Shown here piece by piece: positions 20,076-30,495 of a stretch of 64,000 nt of DNA. Within the stretch, counting starts at the first letter, position 1. Each line of letters opens with the position of its first letter. The DNA is from an uncultured Staphylococcus sp. (GTDB taxonomy: Bacteria; Bacteroidota; Bacteroidia; Bacteroidales; Muribaculaceae): NCBI GenBank assembly GCA_964497255.1, contig CAZCCI010000001.1, positions 69,751 through 133,750 on the forward strand. Reading direction: 5' to 3'. The notes under the pieces were generated by a model. That model was not told where the DNA came from, did no database searches, and saw only the letters and a program-made list of their open reading frames with translations. The position numbers and the translations under genes are program-made.

Positions 20076-20179
20076 TACGGTTCTCCCTCATGAGATTTGC
20101 GGTCTCCGGACCGCTTTTCTTTTGCTCAGTCCGACCCTGTTATATTATTCCCTGACCTTTATAAGCCATTGCATGAATC

Positions 20180-20351
20180 CATCCGTAAGGAGTCGCGTGA
20201 TTTTATGTCGGCAAAGTTAAGGACACCTACGGATACGTCAAGGCCCGACGGCACCGTGCCACGGCATCACCCCTGCTGCTCTGGCAGCCTTGTCTTAATC
20301 CTTTCAGGTATCCTTTCTGAAGCCTGTAAAATTTCACGGCAACCCTCCCGG
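20180..20351 (+). promoter_or_regulatory. Long hairpin family A copy 1, candidate ssDNA promoter
   Basis: CAAAGTTA (20212-20219)-N19-CAA = inverted TTG-N19-TAACTTTG; caaggc/gccttg and gtgatttta/taaaatttcac stems. Confidence 0.7.
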
Positions 20352-20399
20352 AAATGAATTAAAAAAGAGGGGAATAACAACTTAAAAAACAATGTTATA

Positions 20400-20669
20400 A
20401 TGACAACAACCGAAATCACCTATCGTGATGAGACCTACACCTGCCGTGTGCTTTCAAGCAATGACGGAGAGCCGCTGATTATCGCCGGTCTTAAACTGCT
20501 TGACGCACTTATGCCGTATCCGATGACCGACAACTGCAACGGGTTTGCCGACAAAGAGGCGGAGAAAATTGATGAAGAGATTTTCTTTTATACCAATGAA
20601 TGTGATTTGAAACTGGATGATAAAAACCTTACTGAACTGATGAGGGCAAGCAATCCTGACTGGTTTTGA
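20400..20669 (+). CDS. Small acidic hypothetical protein
   Basis: ORF directly behind hairpin A1; IDEEIFFY motif shared with 23847 ORF. Confidence 0.75.
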   Translation: MTTTEITYRDETYTCRVLSSNDGEPLIIAGLKLLDALMPYPMTDNCNGFADKEAEKIDEEIFFYTNECDLKLDDKNLTELMRASNPDWF

Positions 20670-20688
20670 CAACTAAAAGAAAAAAGAT

Positions 20689-20985
20689 ATGACACGCAGA
20701 GAAGAAATAGAATCCGCCGCTAAAGATATATTCAAGGACAGCGAATATCCTGTCCCAAATATATGCTGCTTCATAAGAGGTGCTGAGTGGGCAGACAGAA
20801 ACCCATCTCCTGAATGGCATAAATTCACGGATTCCGACTGCAAACCGGAAAAAGAACAGGTAATAATCCTTGCAATAATCAACATGGAGTTCAAGATTGT
20901 TTCTTATCAATTAGTCCGCTACGACCCGATGATTCATTATTCTGGCAATGATAATGTCCGTTGGCTGGCTGTGCCCGAATTGTAG
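20689..20985 (+). CDS. Phage-like hypothetical protein
   Basis: FIRGAEWADRNP..W pattern typical of small Bacteroidetes phage/ICE proteins. Confidence 0.6.
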   Translation: MTRREEIESAAKDIFKDSEYPVPNICCFIRGAEWADRNPSPEWHKFTDSDCKPEKEQVIILAIINMEFKIVSYQLVRYDPMIHYSGNDNVRWLAVPEL

Positions 20986-21066
20986 TATTAGAATATGGGC
21001 GAATATATGAGAAAAACTTCCATAAATCTTATCTCGAAATAATTAATCAATTAATAACGCATATGT

Positions 21067-22128
21067 ATGTCAAAAATAACTTATACTAAAAAAACTCTGA
21101 TAACTCTTGAGAATGGAACATCAGCAGAAGCTCATGCTCCCATGATAATATCAGCAAGCCGAAGCACTGATATTCCAGCCTTTTATGCTGATTGGTTCTT
21201 TAATAGACTTGAGAAAGGATATTCAGTATGGACTAACCCATTTAATTCATTGAAATCCTATATCAGTTACAAAGATGTTAGATTCATTGTTTTCTGGTCA
21301 AAGAATCCTCGCCCTTTAATCCCTTATCTTGATATACTTGATAAAAGAAATATCGGATATTATATTCAGTTCACCATCAACGATTATGAAAAAGATGGAT
21401 TGGAATCCGGAGTGCCTCCACTCTCACAACGAATTGAGACATTCAAATATTTGGCTGAGAGACTCGGCAAAGGACGTGTAATATGGCGTTTCGACCCGCT
21501 TATCCTTACGGATAACATTGATATGGAATCTCTTTTAGGAAAAATATCCAAAATTGGAGAGCAAATTCATGATTATACAGAAAAACTTGTTTTCAGTTTT
21601 GCTGACATATCAATCTATAAAAAGGTCAAATCAAATATGGAAGCAGAGGGAATAAAATACAAGGAATGGAATAAAGATACTATGATTCTTCTTGCAAAAG
21701 AATTATCATCTCTAAATGGGAAATGGAGGTTAGAACTTTCCACCTGTGGTGAAAGTATAAATCTCACGAATTATGGCATTAATAAAAATCATTGTATAGA
21801 CGACCGATTAATTGTGCGTTTCGGACATCAGCATCCCGAACTTATGGAAGCTCTTGGCGTAAAAATCATTACTACCTCTTTATTTGAAGAAGATGATAGC
21901 CGTTATATAAGACTTGATGACGGGAGGTATGCCATAATAACTCAAGATAATCGGGATAGAGGACAACGTGAAGTGTGCGGGTGCATGAAAAGCAAAGATA
22001 TAGGACAGTACAATACTTGTCCGCATCTTTGCGAATATTGCTATGCCAATGCTTCAAAGGCACAAGCTCTCGCAAACTGGAGAACACATATTAATAATCC
22101 ACATGCAGAAACAATCACTGGGATATAG
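21067..22128 (+). CDS. DUF1848 family protein (Fe-S/SPL-like)
   Basis: IISASRSTDIPAFY, FWSKNP, WRFDP, CGCMKSKDIGQYNTCPHLCEYCYAN; AT-rich. Confidence 0.85.
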   Translation: MSKITYTKKTLITLENGTSAEAHAPMIISASRSTDIPAFYADWFFNRLEKGYSVWTNPFNSLKSYISYKDVRFIVFWSKNPRPLIPYLDILDKRNIGYYIQFTINDYEKDGLESGVPPLSQRIETFKYLAERLGKGRVIWRFDPLILTDNIDMESLLGKISKIGEQIHDYTEKLVFSFADISIYKKVKSNMEAEGIKYKEWNKDTMILLAKELSSLNGKWRLELSTCGESINLTNYGINKNHCIDDRLIVRFGHQHPELMEALGVKIITTSLFEEDDSRYIRLDDGRYAIITQDNRDRGQREVCGCMKSKDIGQYNTCPHLCEYCYANASKAQALANWRTHINNPHAETITGI

Positions 22129-22280
22129 CACAATATAATTCCGATTCTTGTTTCTATTCGACCATATGTACTCTAAACATCACATTAAAAGTTTCTCAAC
22201 ACAATTTTTAATGTGTTGTCTGCTTCATAACCCTGTCTCCTCTTATAAATATATTATACCCCTTTTATTGCTGTCCCCCG

Positions 22281-22425
22281 CCCCGGCATACACGCGGATT
22301 ACTTTGGACGAGAGTCTTTCACGGCAATGCTGTATTGCCAAGAAAGACACTCGTCTGTCAAAGCGGATGGCCGAAGAATATCGCTCAGACTCGCTTGCAG
22401 GAAAGCATAGGTTACGCTACTCTCC
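22281..22425. repeat. Structured repeat family D copy 1
   Basis: ctttg-gacgag-agtctttc-ggcaat/attgcc-gaaagac-ctcgtc-caaag hairpin; paralogue at 30496. Confidence 0.6.
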
Positions 22426-22613
22426 ACTTATGCTTATCCTTACAAGTTCCCTTGACCGACACTCTTCCTGACAGCCATCCTATAATCCGCACTGATATGC
22501 CTTCCCTCCCTTCCTTCCTTACTTTTTTATTCATAGTCAGCCTATTCTATACTGCGCCAGGTTTTCCATTATAATAACAGAGCCTTTTTTAGATCTGGGG
22601 GTATCAAGTGCCA

Positions 22614-22786
22614 TCCGAAAGGGAGCCGTCGATTTTTATGTCGGCGAAGTTAAGGCCGCTCGTGGATATGCCAAGGCCCGGCGGCACGTGCCACGGCATC
22701 ACATGTGGTGCTGTGGCAGCCTTGTCTCAATCCACCGTTTCACGTCCTTTGAGATTTGCCGAAAAAATTGATTCGGCCCCTTACGG
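22614..22786 (+). promoter_or_regulatory. Long hairpin family A copy 2, candidate ssDNA promoter
   Basis: CGAAGTTA (22645-22652)-N19-CAA; arms pair caaggc/gccttg, gtggat/atccac, tcggcgaa/tttgccga. Confidence 0.7.
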
Positions 22787-22862
22787 AAACGGACTTTGAA
22801 GAAAGGGAAAAAATCAATCGCTTCACAGAAAACATAACATTAATCTTTTAGCATCAACGAAA

Positions 22863-23273
22863 ATGGAAGCTAACAACACCAACGCCAACAATGGCAAGAA
22901 GAACATCATCAACTCAACCGTAGTCAGTGGCTTCGTAGCCACCGAGCCGAAAATCACCACCTGCACCGAGGCAAGCGTTATCCGCTTCGCTCTCGCAGTC
23001 AGCAACCGGGTTACCAACAAGGCGACAGGAGAGGTTACACGCCAGTCCTCACTTATCACAGTCGAAAAGTGGGCAAAGAATACCAACCTCTCATCATTCG
23101 ACGCTATCTGAAAGGGCATCCTCGTTGAAGTCAAAGGCTACCTCAAACCTAACGAATGGAAAAACGCCGAGGGCGAAAGCCGACACCGTATTGTTCTCGC
23201 TGCAAGAAGCGTGAAGCACATTGCGAAGCCGGCATCAATGATGGAACCGCAACCTGAAGCAATCGCTTCCTAA
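22863..23273 (+). pseudogene. ssb: Second SSB paralogue with in-frame TGA at 23109-23111
   Basis: Reads ...SFDAI*KGILVEVKGYLKPNEW..., aligning to SFDRLKKGEHITVTGYFKPEEW of 19683. Confidence 0.8.
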
Positions 23274-23333
23274 TCCGAAGTCTCACATTGCCCGAGGCTC
23301 ACTCTCCGAGCCTCGGGTAAACATTAAAGCGAC

Positions 23334-23504
23334 ATGGAAGATTTTGAGGACAGTGTAATCGGATGCTTCTGCACTCTGCTTGACAGTTGGCGAGACCATG
23401 ATTGCGGAGAAATCGTTGAGGACTCCGGGAATCAATATGTAGTGCGACTGACATCAGGACAACAAATTACCTTGAGCCATGATGATGTGGTAATCTGTGA
23501 CTGA
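23334..23504 (+). CDS. 56-aa acidic protein (below ORF-track cutoff)
   Basis: MEDFEDSVIGCFCTLLDSWRDHDCGEIVEDSGNQYVVRLTSGQQITLSHDDVVICD; paralogous to 36487 ORF. Confidence 0.7.
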   Translation: MEDFEDSVIGCFCTLLDSWRDHDCGEIVEDSGNQYVVRLTSGQQITLSHDDVVICD

Positions 23505-23656
23505 CTAAAAACAATAATCGACAATCCGACCTTACTGCGCCGGATTGCCGGTATTTAACGTAGCAAGGTTCCTGTTATACTTTCTTCTTCCCCCTTTTTA
23601 ATGATGTAAGTGCCGCGCTTTTGTAATAAAACGACGGAAGGTCATTTGTAAAATTT

Positions 23657-23826
23657 TCCGATGGCCCGGGAGGGCTGCCGGTGATTCTGCGGCAAAGTTG
23701 GAGGCCGGGGTAAATGTCAAATCGGGGCCGGAGGTCACGGCTTCGCTGTGAATTTGACTCATTGCCCCTTGCGCCTCCCCTGTAATGCCTGAAATCTTAA
23801 GACAGCCCTCCGGCGGACCAAACGGA
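23657..23826 (+). promoter_or_regulatory. Long hairpin family B copy 1, candidate ssDNA promoter
   Basis: CAAAGTTG (23693-23700)-N17-CAAA; gtcaaat/atttgac, gggg/cccc, ggaggc/gcctcc, ggagggctg/cagccctcc. Confidence 0.7.
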
Positions 23827-23846
23827 TCTAACGGGAGGGATAAAAA

Positions 23847-24293
23847 ATGAACTATATGAAAGTAATATGTACTCAATGCGGAGGAATAAACGTAGCGTGT
23901 GAAGCTATGATTAATCCCAATGACAAGAAATTCCGTAATTATACGGATGACGCGTTTCTTTACGGATGGTGTGAGGACTGCGGGAACGGAGTTGTCCTCT
24001 CCAATGTCGATGAAGTGAAAACGGACATAGATAACCTCTATGCTGATTATCGTGCCGAACATGATACAGAACCTCTTTATGCGCAATGTGAAATCGTATG
24101 GAAAAAGGACGATGATTATTATGCTTATCCCAAACCGATGACCATAAAACTATCTTCCGACATTGACGATGCCACCGATGAAAAAATATTCTTCTATTGC
24201 AACGGCATCGAGGCACTTAAATCACTCGTTGAATTTGGTCGTGAGGATTTTATGCTTACTGAGTGCCTCCACTTAACAAGAGAACTGAAATAA
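23847..24293 (+). CDS. Zn-ribbon acidic hypothetical protein
   Basis: CTQC..CEDC; C-terminal TDEKIFFY motif. Confidence 0.75.
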   Translation: MNYMKVICTQCGGINVACEAMINPNDKKFRNYTDDAFLYGWCEDCGNGVVLSNVDEVKTDIDNLYADYRAEHDTEPLYAQCEIVWKKDDDYYAYPKPMTIKLSSDIDDATDEKIFFYCNGIEALKSLVEFGREDFMLTECLHLTRELK

Positions 24294-24313
24294 TATCATT
24301 AAAAATCAAAATC

Positions 24314-24796
24314 ATGCACTCTTCAGTTTATCAAATAACAACCGAAAAGGTTGAAGAAGGTGGATTACTTGATGAAGACACCTTACACCAGGGAGACTGT
24401 TCGGGACTTGACTATTGCTCGAATATTGACAACGAGGAACGCAGGGAGCGTATAGAAATCCTCGTGAACAGGATACTGCCCGAAGGAATGTTCACGCTCA
24501 TTGATGAAAACACAATCCGTTACAACGGCGGCGTGTAAATCTGGCAGGAGGAATGGGTCAAGCTGATAAAAGAAAAATGCTCGCTTGTGACTGCAGACAA
24601 TATACAGAAATGGGAAACGCTTTATTACCTTCAGGAAGCGATAGAAAATCCGCTTGATGCAGGAAGCAGGTTCTACGATGACAACTGCGGATATTCTTCC
24701 TATTCGGAGAAATCGGGAGAGTTCATGAAAAGTCTGAATAACCTTGAGGCAGGAACACTGCTTTATATAGGCGGTGTGGTTGACTATCATTATTAA
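24314..24796 (+). pseudogene. Acidic hypothetical gene split by in-frame TAA at 24536-24538
   Basis: ORFs 24263-24538 and 24587-24796 share a frame; intervening codons IWQEEWVKLIKEKCSL are open. Confidence 0.65.
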
Positions 24797-25104
24797 GCTA
24801 TGAGTCGGATAGTTTATCCGGCATGACGGACAGGCGGGATTTTGCCCTGCCTGCCCCTTCAGTGGATATGGCACAAACATCTGAGACCATATCCTTTTAT
24901 ATCAGAGAGTTCTCCTTTAAGCGCACCCGCTTTCCTCTTATATTTTCTCGTTCTTGCTCTTTTTTATATTCCTGCGCATGACAGGACTAACATTTATGTT
25001 CATAATTACTTGTCCCCCTATAGGTTTTGTCAATATCGTCAAGCCGCTACTCTTATAAATCTCCTTTTATAAAGCCATATCCCATTTTTAGGAGAATCCT
25101 TTTC

Positions 25105-25300
25105 TGTCCGGAACCGTCACTGCCGGTGGTTATCGGCGCGAAGGTCAGCATCCGGGCTTATCAGCCAAGGTTGCACGGAGTTTCTGCGAGATTTTACATC
25201 CATACTGTAAAATCATCTTGAAAACCTTGTCCCTAAAGCCTCTCGGATGCTCCTGTGTTGCGCAGATAATCACCTCATGGACGGCTCCTGAAGGAGCAGG
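25105..25300 (+). promoter_or_regulatory. Long hairpin family C copy 1, candidate ssDNA promoter
   Basis: CGAAGGTC (25139-25146)-N19-CAA; shared core AAAATCATCTTGAAAACCTTGTC. Confidence 0.65.
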
Positions 25301-25327
25301 AAAGTGAGGGAAAGAAAAATCAGATAT

Positions 25328-28300
25328 ATGGCATACAACAAACACAAATCATTTGAGGATAATGTCAAAGCGATAGAAACCGCACTGACCGTCCTCTCGC
25401 AGAAGCGAAAGGCTACCGAGCCGAAGAAAGAAACAATGTCGCTCTATTCGGGCTTCGGAGGTATCAAAGAGGTGCTGAACATCGGCACTGAAAAGCCAAT
25501 CCCTCAAAGCATGGAGGAAACGGCAAACCGACTGTTGACAGTCCTCGGCAGTTTCCCAACCGACAAAACCCATTGGTGCGACACAACCATTGAAAGCATC
25601 AAGACATCGGTACTGACCGCATTTTACACCCCTGCATTTATAATAAACGCAGTGGCACGGCAGATACAGTCCACGTTCAAGACACACGGACTTACGATGC
25701 GCACGTTCCTTGAGCCGAGCGCAGGCATCGGCGGCTTCCTGCCTGTTGCCATGAACAACACCAAGTCATACGCTTTTGAAAAGGACACGCTGACAGGCAT
25801 AATCCTCTCCCTGCTCAACGACGATACCGAAACCTATACGGCAGGTTTTGAGAGCATCGGGGAACAACGGTTTGAGCATACATCTTTTGACGTAATCGCC
25901 TCAAACATACCATTCGGCAATTTCCGTGTGTTCGATGCAGACCTGTGGAAGAAAGGCGGCATACATGAACAGTCCACCAAGACCATACACAACTACTTTT
26001 TCGTAAAGGCAATGGAACTGCTCAACGAGGGCGGACTGCTTGCTTTCGTTACATCGAGGGGCATAGCCGACACTCCCGGCAACAAGTTTGTGCGTGAATA
26101 CCTTGTGAACAACGCCAACCTCATAAGCGCAGTCCGTCTCCCCGACAACATCTTCATGCAGACAGGCGGCATTGAGGTCGGGAGCGACCTGCTCATATTC
26201 CAAAAGGACACAGCCAAATCCGGCCCCACATCAAGGGAGGCGATGTTTCTCCAGACCTCAAAGGAAAAGCACGGCGAGGAAAATACGGAACCATCAAACC
26301 GTCTTTTCACCATGCCGAAAACAACACTGTCAACCGACAGCCGCATTGTGAAAAACCAATACGGCAAGCTGACACGCAGATATTCATGGTCGGGCGGCGA
26401 GGCTTCAATGGCTGACTATCTCGCAGCCATACTGAAATACGATTTTGAACGCAATTACAGGCCAGGGCTTTTCTCCAATCCGGGAATTGGCAGACAGGCG
26501 CAGATGTCGCTTTTCGGAGATTTGGACATCGCGTCGGCAAAAGGACGGCGTGGCTATACCGGGGAAATGCCCGAATGGTTCAAAGAGGGCGCACTGGTAG
26601 TTTTCGAGGGTCAGGTGGGAACGCTTGAATACCGCAAGTCAACCCATTATGAAGATATTGCCGTCGATTTCGTGCCTGTTGACAACGGAAGCGTGAACAT
26701 CGAGAGGGCAAACGACTATATGCCGTTGAGGGGTGTCTATTTTGAACTTTCCAACAAGGAGAGGGAGGAAAAGACCGAGCAACCCGAATTAAGGGAGCGA
26801 CTGAACAGCCTTTATGACGCTTTCACCGCCAAATGGGGCTTCTTCCACGATAACGACAACAAGGAATTTATCTCTCTTGACAGCCTCGGAAACGAGGTGC
26901 TGACACTTGAAATGGCTGTCGGAAGGGAGATTTACAAATCCGACATCATGCGTGAGCCGGTGGCTTTCAAAAAGACGGACACATCGGTGAGGCTTCTCCC
27001 CATGGAAGCACTCGCAAGTTCTCTGAACTATCACGGTCAGGTCAACATCGACTATATGTGCAAGACCGCAGCAATGACCGAGGACGAAATCACCGGAGCA
27101 CTCAAGAACGAGATTTTCTACAACCCAATTACAGACTGTTGGGAGCATAAAGGCCGTTTCATCGGCGGCGACATCGTTACCAAACTGCGAGATGTTTCCG
27201 AACTGCTTCCGTTCCTTGACGAGCGCAAGAGGTCTTTTGCCGAAATTTCTGCAAAGGCACTTTCCGATACGTTGCCCGAACCTGTGCCGTATGAGGAACT
27301 TGACATAAACATGGGCGAAAGGTGGATTGACCCGAAACTATACGCCTCTTTTGCGTCATATCTTTTCGGGGTGGATGCCGAGCTGATGTACTTTGACATA
27401 AACGACACCTACCTGCTCCGGCTCACGGGATATTCAGCCGTCGCCTACAACACTTATTCCGTAAGGAACTGCAATGGCGAGGATATGTTTGTCTATGCGC
27501 TACAGGACACCGTACCCGAATTTACAAAAGAGGTGTATATCAACGGCGAAAAGACCCGTGTAGCCGATGAAGATGCCATACAGGAGGCAGCCGCCAAGAT
27601 ACAGGAGATACGTTCCACGTTCCGTGACTGGCTCGACCGTCAGCCCCTGCCTGTCCGTGACCGGCTTGTAGCCGAATACAACAGCCGCTTCAACTGCTAT
27701 GTGCGCCCGTCCTACGACGGATCGGCTCAGACTTTTCCCGGCCTCACATTGGAACATTTTCCATACGACAGCCTATATCCATCCCAAAAGGATGCCGTGT
27801 GGATGATAAAGCAGAACGACGGAGGCATCTGCTGGCATGAGGTCGGTGCCGGAAAGACAATGATAATGTGCGTGGCGGCTTATGAAATGAAGCGTCTCGG
27901 CATCGTCAACAAGCCTATGATTATCGGGCTCAAGTCCAACGGGCATGAGATAGCAGACACTTTCCGCAAGGCATATCCCATGGCTAAGATACTCTATCCC
28001 GGACGCGAGGATTTCACGCCTGCAAACCGCAAGGAGATTTTCTCGCAGATAAAGAACAACAACTGGGATTGCGTGATACTGACCCACGACCAGTTTTCAA
28101 AGATACCCCAGTCACAGGAAACTATGGCTGCAATCTTCCGGGAGGAACTTGCCGATGTCGAGCGTTGCCTTGAGGTTCTCGAGAACTCCACCATGCGCTA
28201 CCGCAGCTCTAAGATGCAGACAGGGCTTGAGAAACGGCAGGAGAACCTGTCCGCCAAACTCGCCGAATTGCGTCACGACATAGACCAACGCAAAGACAAC

Positions 28301-30316
28301 ACACAGGATTTCAACACTATGGGAATAGACCATATTTTTGTAGATGAATGTCATGCGTTCAAAAATTTAATGCTGCAGACACGCCATACAAGGGTTGCGG
28401 GCATCGGAAACACCAAAGGCTCACAAAGGGCGATGAACCTGCTTATCGCAATCCGTGACATTCAGAGGCGCACAGGCCGTGACCTCGGAGCCACATTCCT
28501 GTCAGGCACGGTTGTTGTCAACGCTCTTACCGAGCTGTATGTGATGTTCAAGTATATGCGTCCGCAGGAACTCAAAAAACAGCGGATAAGCTGCTTCGAT
28601 GCGTGGGCGGCAATATACACCGAGAAAAAGGCGGATTACGAGCTTGATGTCACCGGCAATATCAAGCGCAAAGAGCGTTTCCGTTCATATATAAAGGTGC
28701 CTGAACTTGCCTCATTCCTCCGTGAGATAACGGATTACCGCACAACGGACATGATTAACCTCGATGTTCCCGAAAAGAACGTGCGCTTCCTCTCCAATCC
28801 CCCGACTATCGAGCAGGAAGAAATGGCTGGGAGGCTTGTATCATTCGCCAAATCCGGAGAATGGGCTGACCTCGGACTTGATATGCCCGAACCCGACAAT
28901 CTCGACAAGGCTAAAATGCTTATAGCTACAAATGTAGCGAGGAAAATGGCTCTTGACATGAGACTTCTCGGCGATAAGTTCAGCGACGACCCTGGCAACA
29001 AGGCTTCGATATGCGCAAGGACAGTCTATGACTACTATGTGCGCTCAAACGCCAACCGTGGCACACAGTTCGTTTTCAGCGACCTTTCCACCTATAAACC
29101 CGGCGAGTGGAATATCTATCAGGACATCAAGGACAAACTTGTGGCTCTCGGAATACCCTCGGAAGAAATACAGTTTATCCAGTGCGCCAAGACCGAAAGG
29201 GCGAGGAAGAAACTGTTCGCCGACATGAACAGCGGCAGAGTGCGTGTGCTTTTCGGCTCCACAACCATGTTAGGCACAGGCGTTAACGCCCAGGAACGTG
29301 CCGTGGCGGTGCATCATCTTGAGATACCGTGGCGGCCGGCCGACATGGAGCAGCGTAACGGCAGGGCTGTCCGCAAGGGAAACACCGTGAAACTATGGGG
29401 TGGAAACACCGTTGACATCGTTATTTACGGAACGGAGAAAACTCTTGATGCCTATAAGTTCAATCTTCTGAAGAACAAGCAGATGTTCATAAATCAGATT
29501 AATAACGGCACGATTGCCGTGCGACGCATCGACGAGGACGGCATGGACGAGGAAAACGGCATGAACTTTGCCGAGTTCGTGGCAATCCTTTCCGGCAACA
29601 CCGACCTTTTGAAAAAGGCGAAGCTCGACAACAGGATTATGCAGCTTGAAAAGGAACAGGCCATATTCAAGAAAGAAAAAGGCCGTGCGGAGCGCAAGAT
29701 GTCGGACAATCAGAAAGCCATTGCAACAGCAGAGGATATGATTGCCAAAATGAATATGGACTACCGCTGTTTTGTTTCACGGAAAGATGATGCGTCAGTA
29801 ACCCTCGTATCCGGCACTTTTGCCACACCGCAGGAAATCGGGCGAGAACTTCACCGCATATCAAAGTCTTACCGGGGAACAGAACACAAAGCCGTCGGTT
29901 CTTATATGGGTTTACCCATGACGGTAAGGAGCGAGTTTAATATTGCCGAAATGTTCGAGCGCAACATCTTCTTCATCGAGGGAGCAAGCGGACTCAAGTA
30001 CCGATGCTCCCAATCGGGATCGTTGTCACTCTCATTCGTGGAAGCCGCCGCATATCCCTACGCTGTCATGGAACGTATGCCTGCCCGGATAGCTGAAAAA
30101 GAAAAGGATATAGCGAGACTGCGGGAAGAAATTCCGGTGTTGGAGGAAATCATAGGCCGCAGATGGCCTAAAGCCCCGGAGCTTGAAACTCTCAAGGCTC
30201 AATGCCGGGAGTTGCAGCAGAAGATTGAGGAAGACCTCAAAAATGCCGAAAAAGGCATATCGCTGTCCGATGGTATCTCGCCTGACAAGCCGACAATTAC
30301 CGAGGAAGCAGCCTGA
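25328..30316 (+). CDS. N6-DNA methylase / SNF2-like helicase fusion (DarB-like)
   Basis: LEPSAGIG and SNIPFG MTase motifs; HEVGAGKT, FVDECH, FLSGT, WRPADMEQRNGRAVR helicase motifs. Confidence 0.9.
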   Translation: MAYNKHKSFEDNVKAIETALTVLSQKRKATEPKKETMSLYSGFGGIKEVLNIGTEKPIPQSMEETANRLLTVLGSFPTDKTHWCDTTIESIKTSVLTAFYTPAFIINAVARQIQSTFKTHGLTMRTFLEPSAGIGGFLPVAMNNTKSYAFEKDTLTGIILSLLNDDTETYTAGFESIGEQRFEHTSFDVIASNIPFGNFRVFDADLWKKGGIHEQSTKTIHNYFFVKAMELLNEGGLLAFVTSRGIADTPGNKFVREYLVNNANLISAVRLPDNIFMQTGGIEVGSDLLIFQKDTAKSGPTSREAMFLQTSKEKHGEENTEPSNRLFTMPKTTLSTDSRIVKNQYGKLTRRYSWSGGEASMADYLAAILKYDFERNYRPGLFSNPGIGRQAQMSLFGDLDIASAKGRRGYTGEMPEWFKEGALVVFEGQVGTLEYRKSTHYEDIAVDFVPVDNGSVNIERANDYMPLRGVYFELSNKEREEKTEQPELRERLNSLYDAFTAKWGFFHDNDNKEFISLDSLGNEVLTLEMAVGREIYKSDIMREPVAFKKTDTSVRLLPMEALASSLNYHGQVNIDYMCKTAAMTEDEITGALKNEIFYNPITDCWEHKGRFIGGDIVTKLRDVSELLPFLDERKRSFAEISAKALSDTLPEPVPYEELDINMGERWIDPKLYASFASYLFGVDAELMYFDINDTYLLRLTGYSAVAYNTYSVRNCNGEDMFVYALQDTVPEFTKEVYINGEKTRVADEDAIQEAAAKIQEIRSTFRDWLDRQPLPVRDRLVAEYNSRFNCYVRPSYDGSAQTFPGLTLEHFPYDSLYPSQKDAVWMIKQNDGGICWHEVGAGKTMIMCVAAYEMKRLGIVNKPMIIGLKSNGHEIADTFRKAYPMAKILYPGREDFTPANRKEIFSQIKNNNWDCVILTHDQFSKIPQSQETMAAIFREELADVERCLEVLENSTMRYRSSKMQTGLEKRQENLSAKLAELRHDIDQRKDNTQDFNTMGIDHIFVDECHAFKNLMLQTRHTRVAGIGNTKGSQRAMNLLIAIRDIQRRTGRDLGATFLSGTVVVNALTELYVMFKYMRPQELKKQRISCFDAWAAIYTEKKADYELDVTGNIKRKERFRSYIKVPELASFLREITDYRTTDMINLDVPEKNVRFLSNPPTIEQEEMAGRLVSFAKSGEWADLGLDMPEPDNLDKAKMLIATNVARKMALDMRLLGDKFSDDPGNKASICARTVYDYYVRSNANRGTQFVFSDLSTYKPGEWNIYQDIKDKLVALGIPSEEIQFIQCAKTERARKKLFADMNSGRVRVLFGSTTMLGTGVNAQERAVAVHHLEIPWRPADMEQRNGRAVRKGNTVKLWGGNTVDIVIYGTEKTLDAYKFNLLKNKQMFINQINNGTIAVRRIDEDGMDEENGMNFAEFVAILSGNTDLLKKAKLDNRIMQLEKEQAIFKKEKGRAERKMSDNQKAIATAEDMIAKMNMDYRCFVSRKDDASVTLVSGTFATPQEIGRELHRISKSYRGTEHKAVGSYMGLPMTVRSEFNIAEMFERNIFFIEGASGLKYRCSQSGSLSLSFVEAAAYPYAVMERMPARIAEKEKDIARLREEIPVLEEIIGRRWPKAPELETLKAQCRELQQKIEEDLKNAEKGISLSDGISPDKPTITEEAA

Positions 30317-30495
30317 CATCACCATATATCTGACTTTTATTCCCTGTCCGGTTGTGAAACCAGGCAGGGATTTATTTTGTCATTATGGCATTGAACTGCG
30401 GTGGCGCAACTGCCTCTTTTAACACATAGCCTTTTCAAAAAATGCTTTATCCCCTTTGTTGCCTTCTTGCTCTCTTTTATACCGCTGCGCCCCGA

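Noticed and set aside
22863-24796. Stop-codon reassignment or selenocysteine
   Set aside because: The two internal stops differ (TGA, TAA), neighbouring genes end normally at TGA and TAA, and the TGA aligns to Lys rather than Cys.
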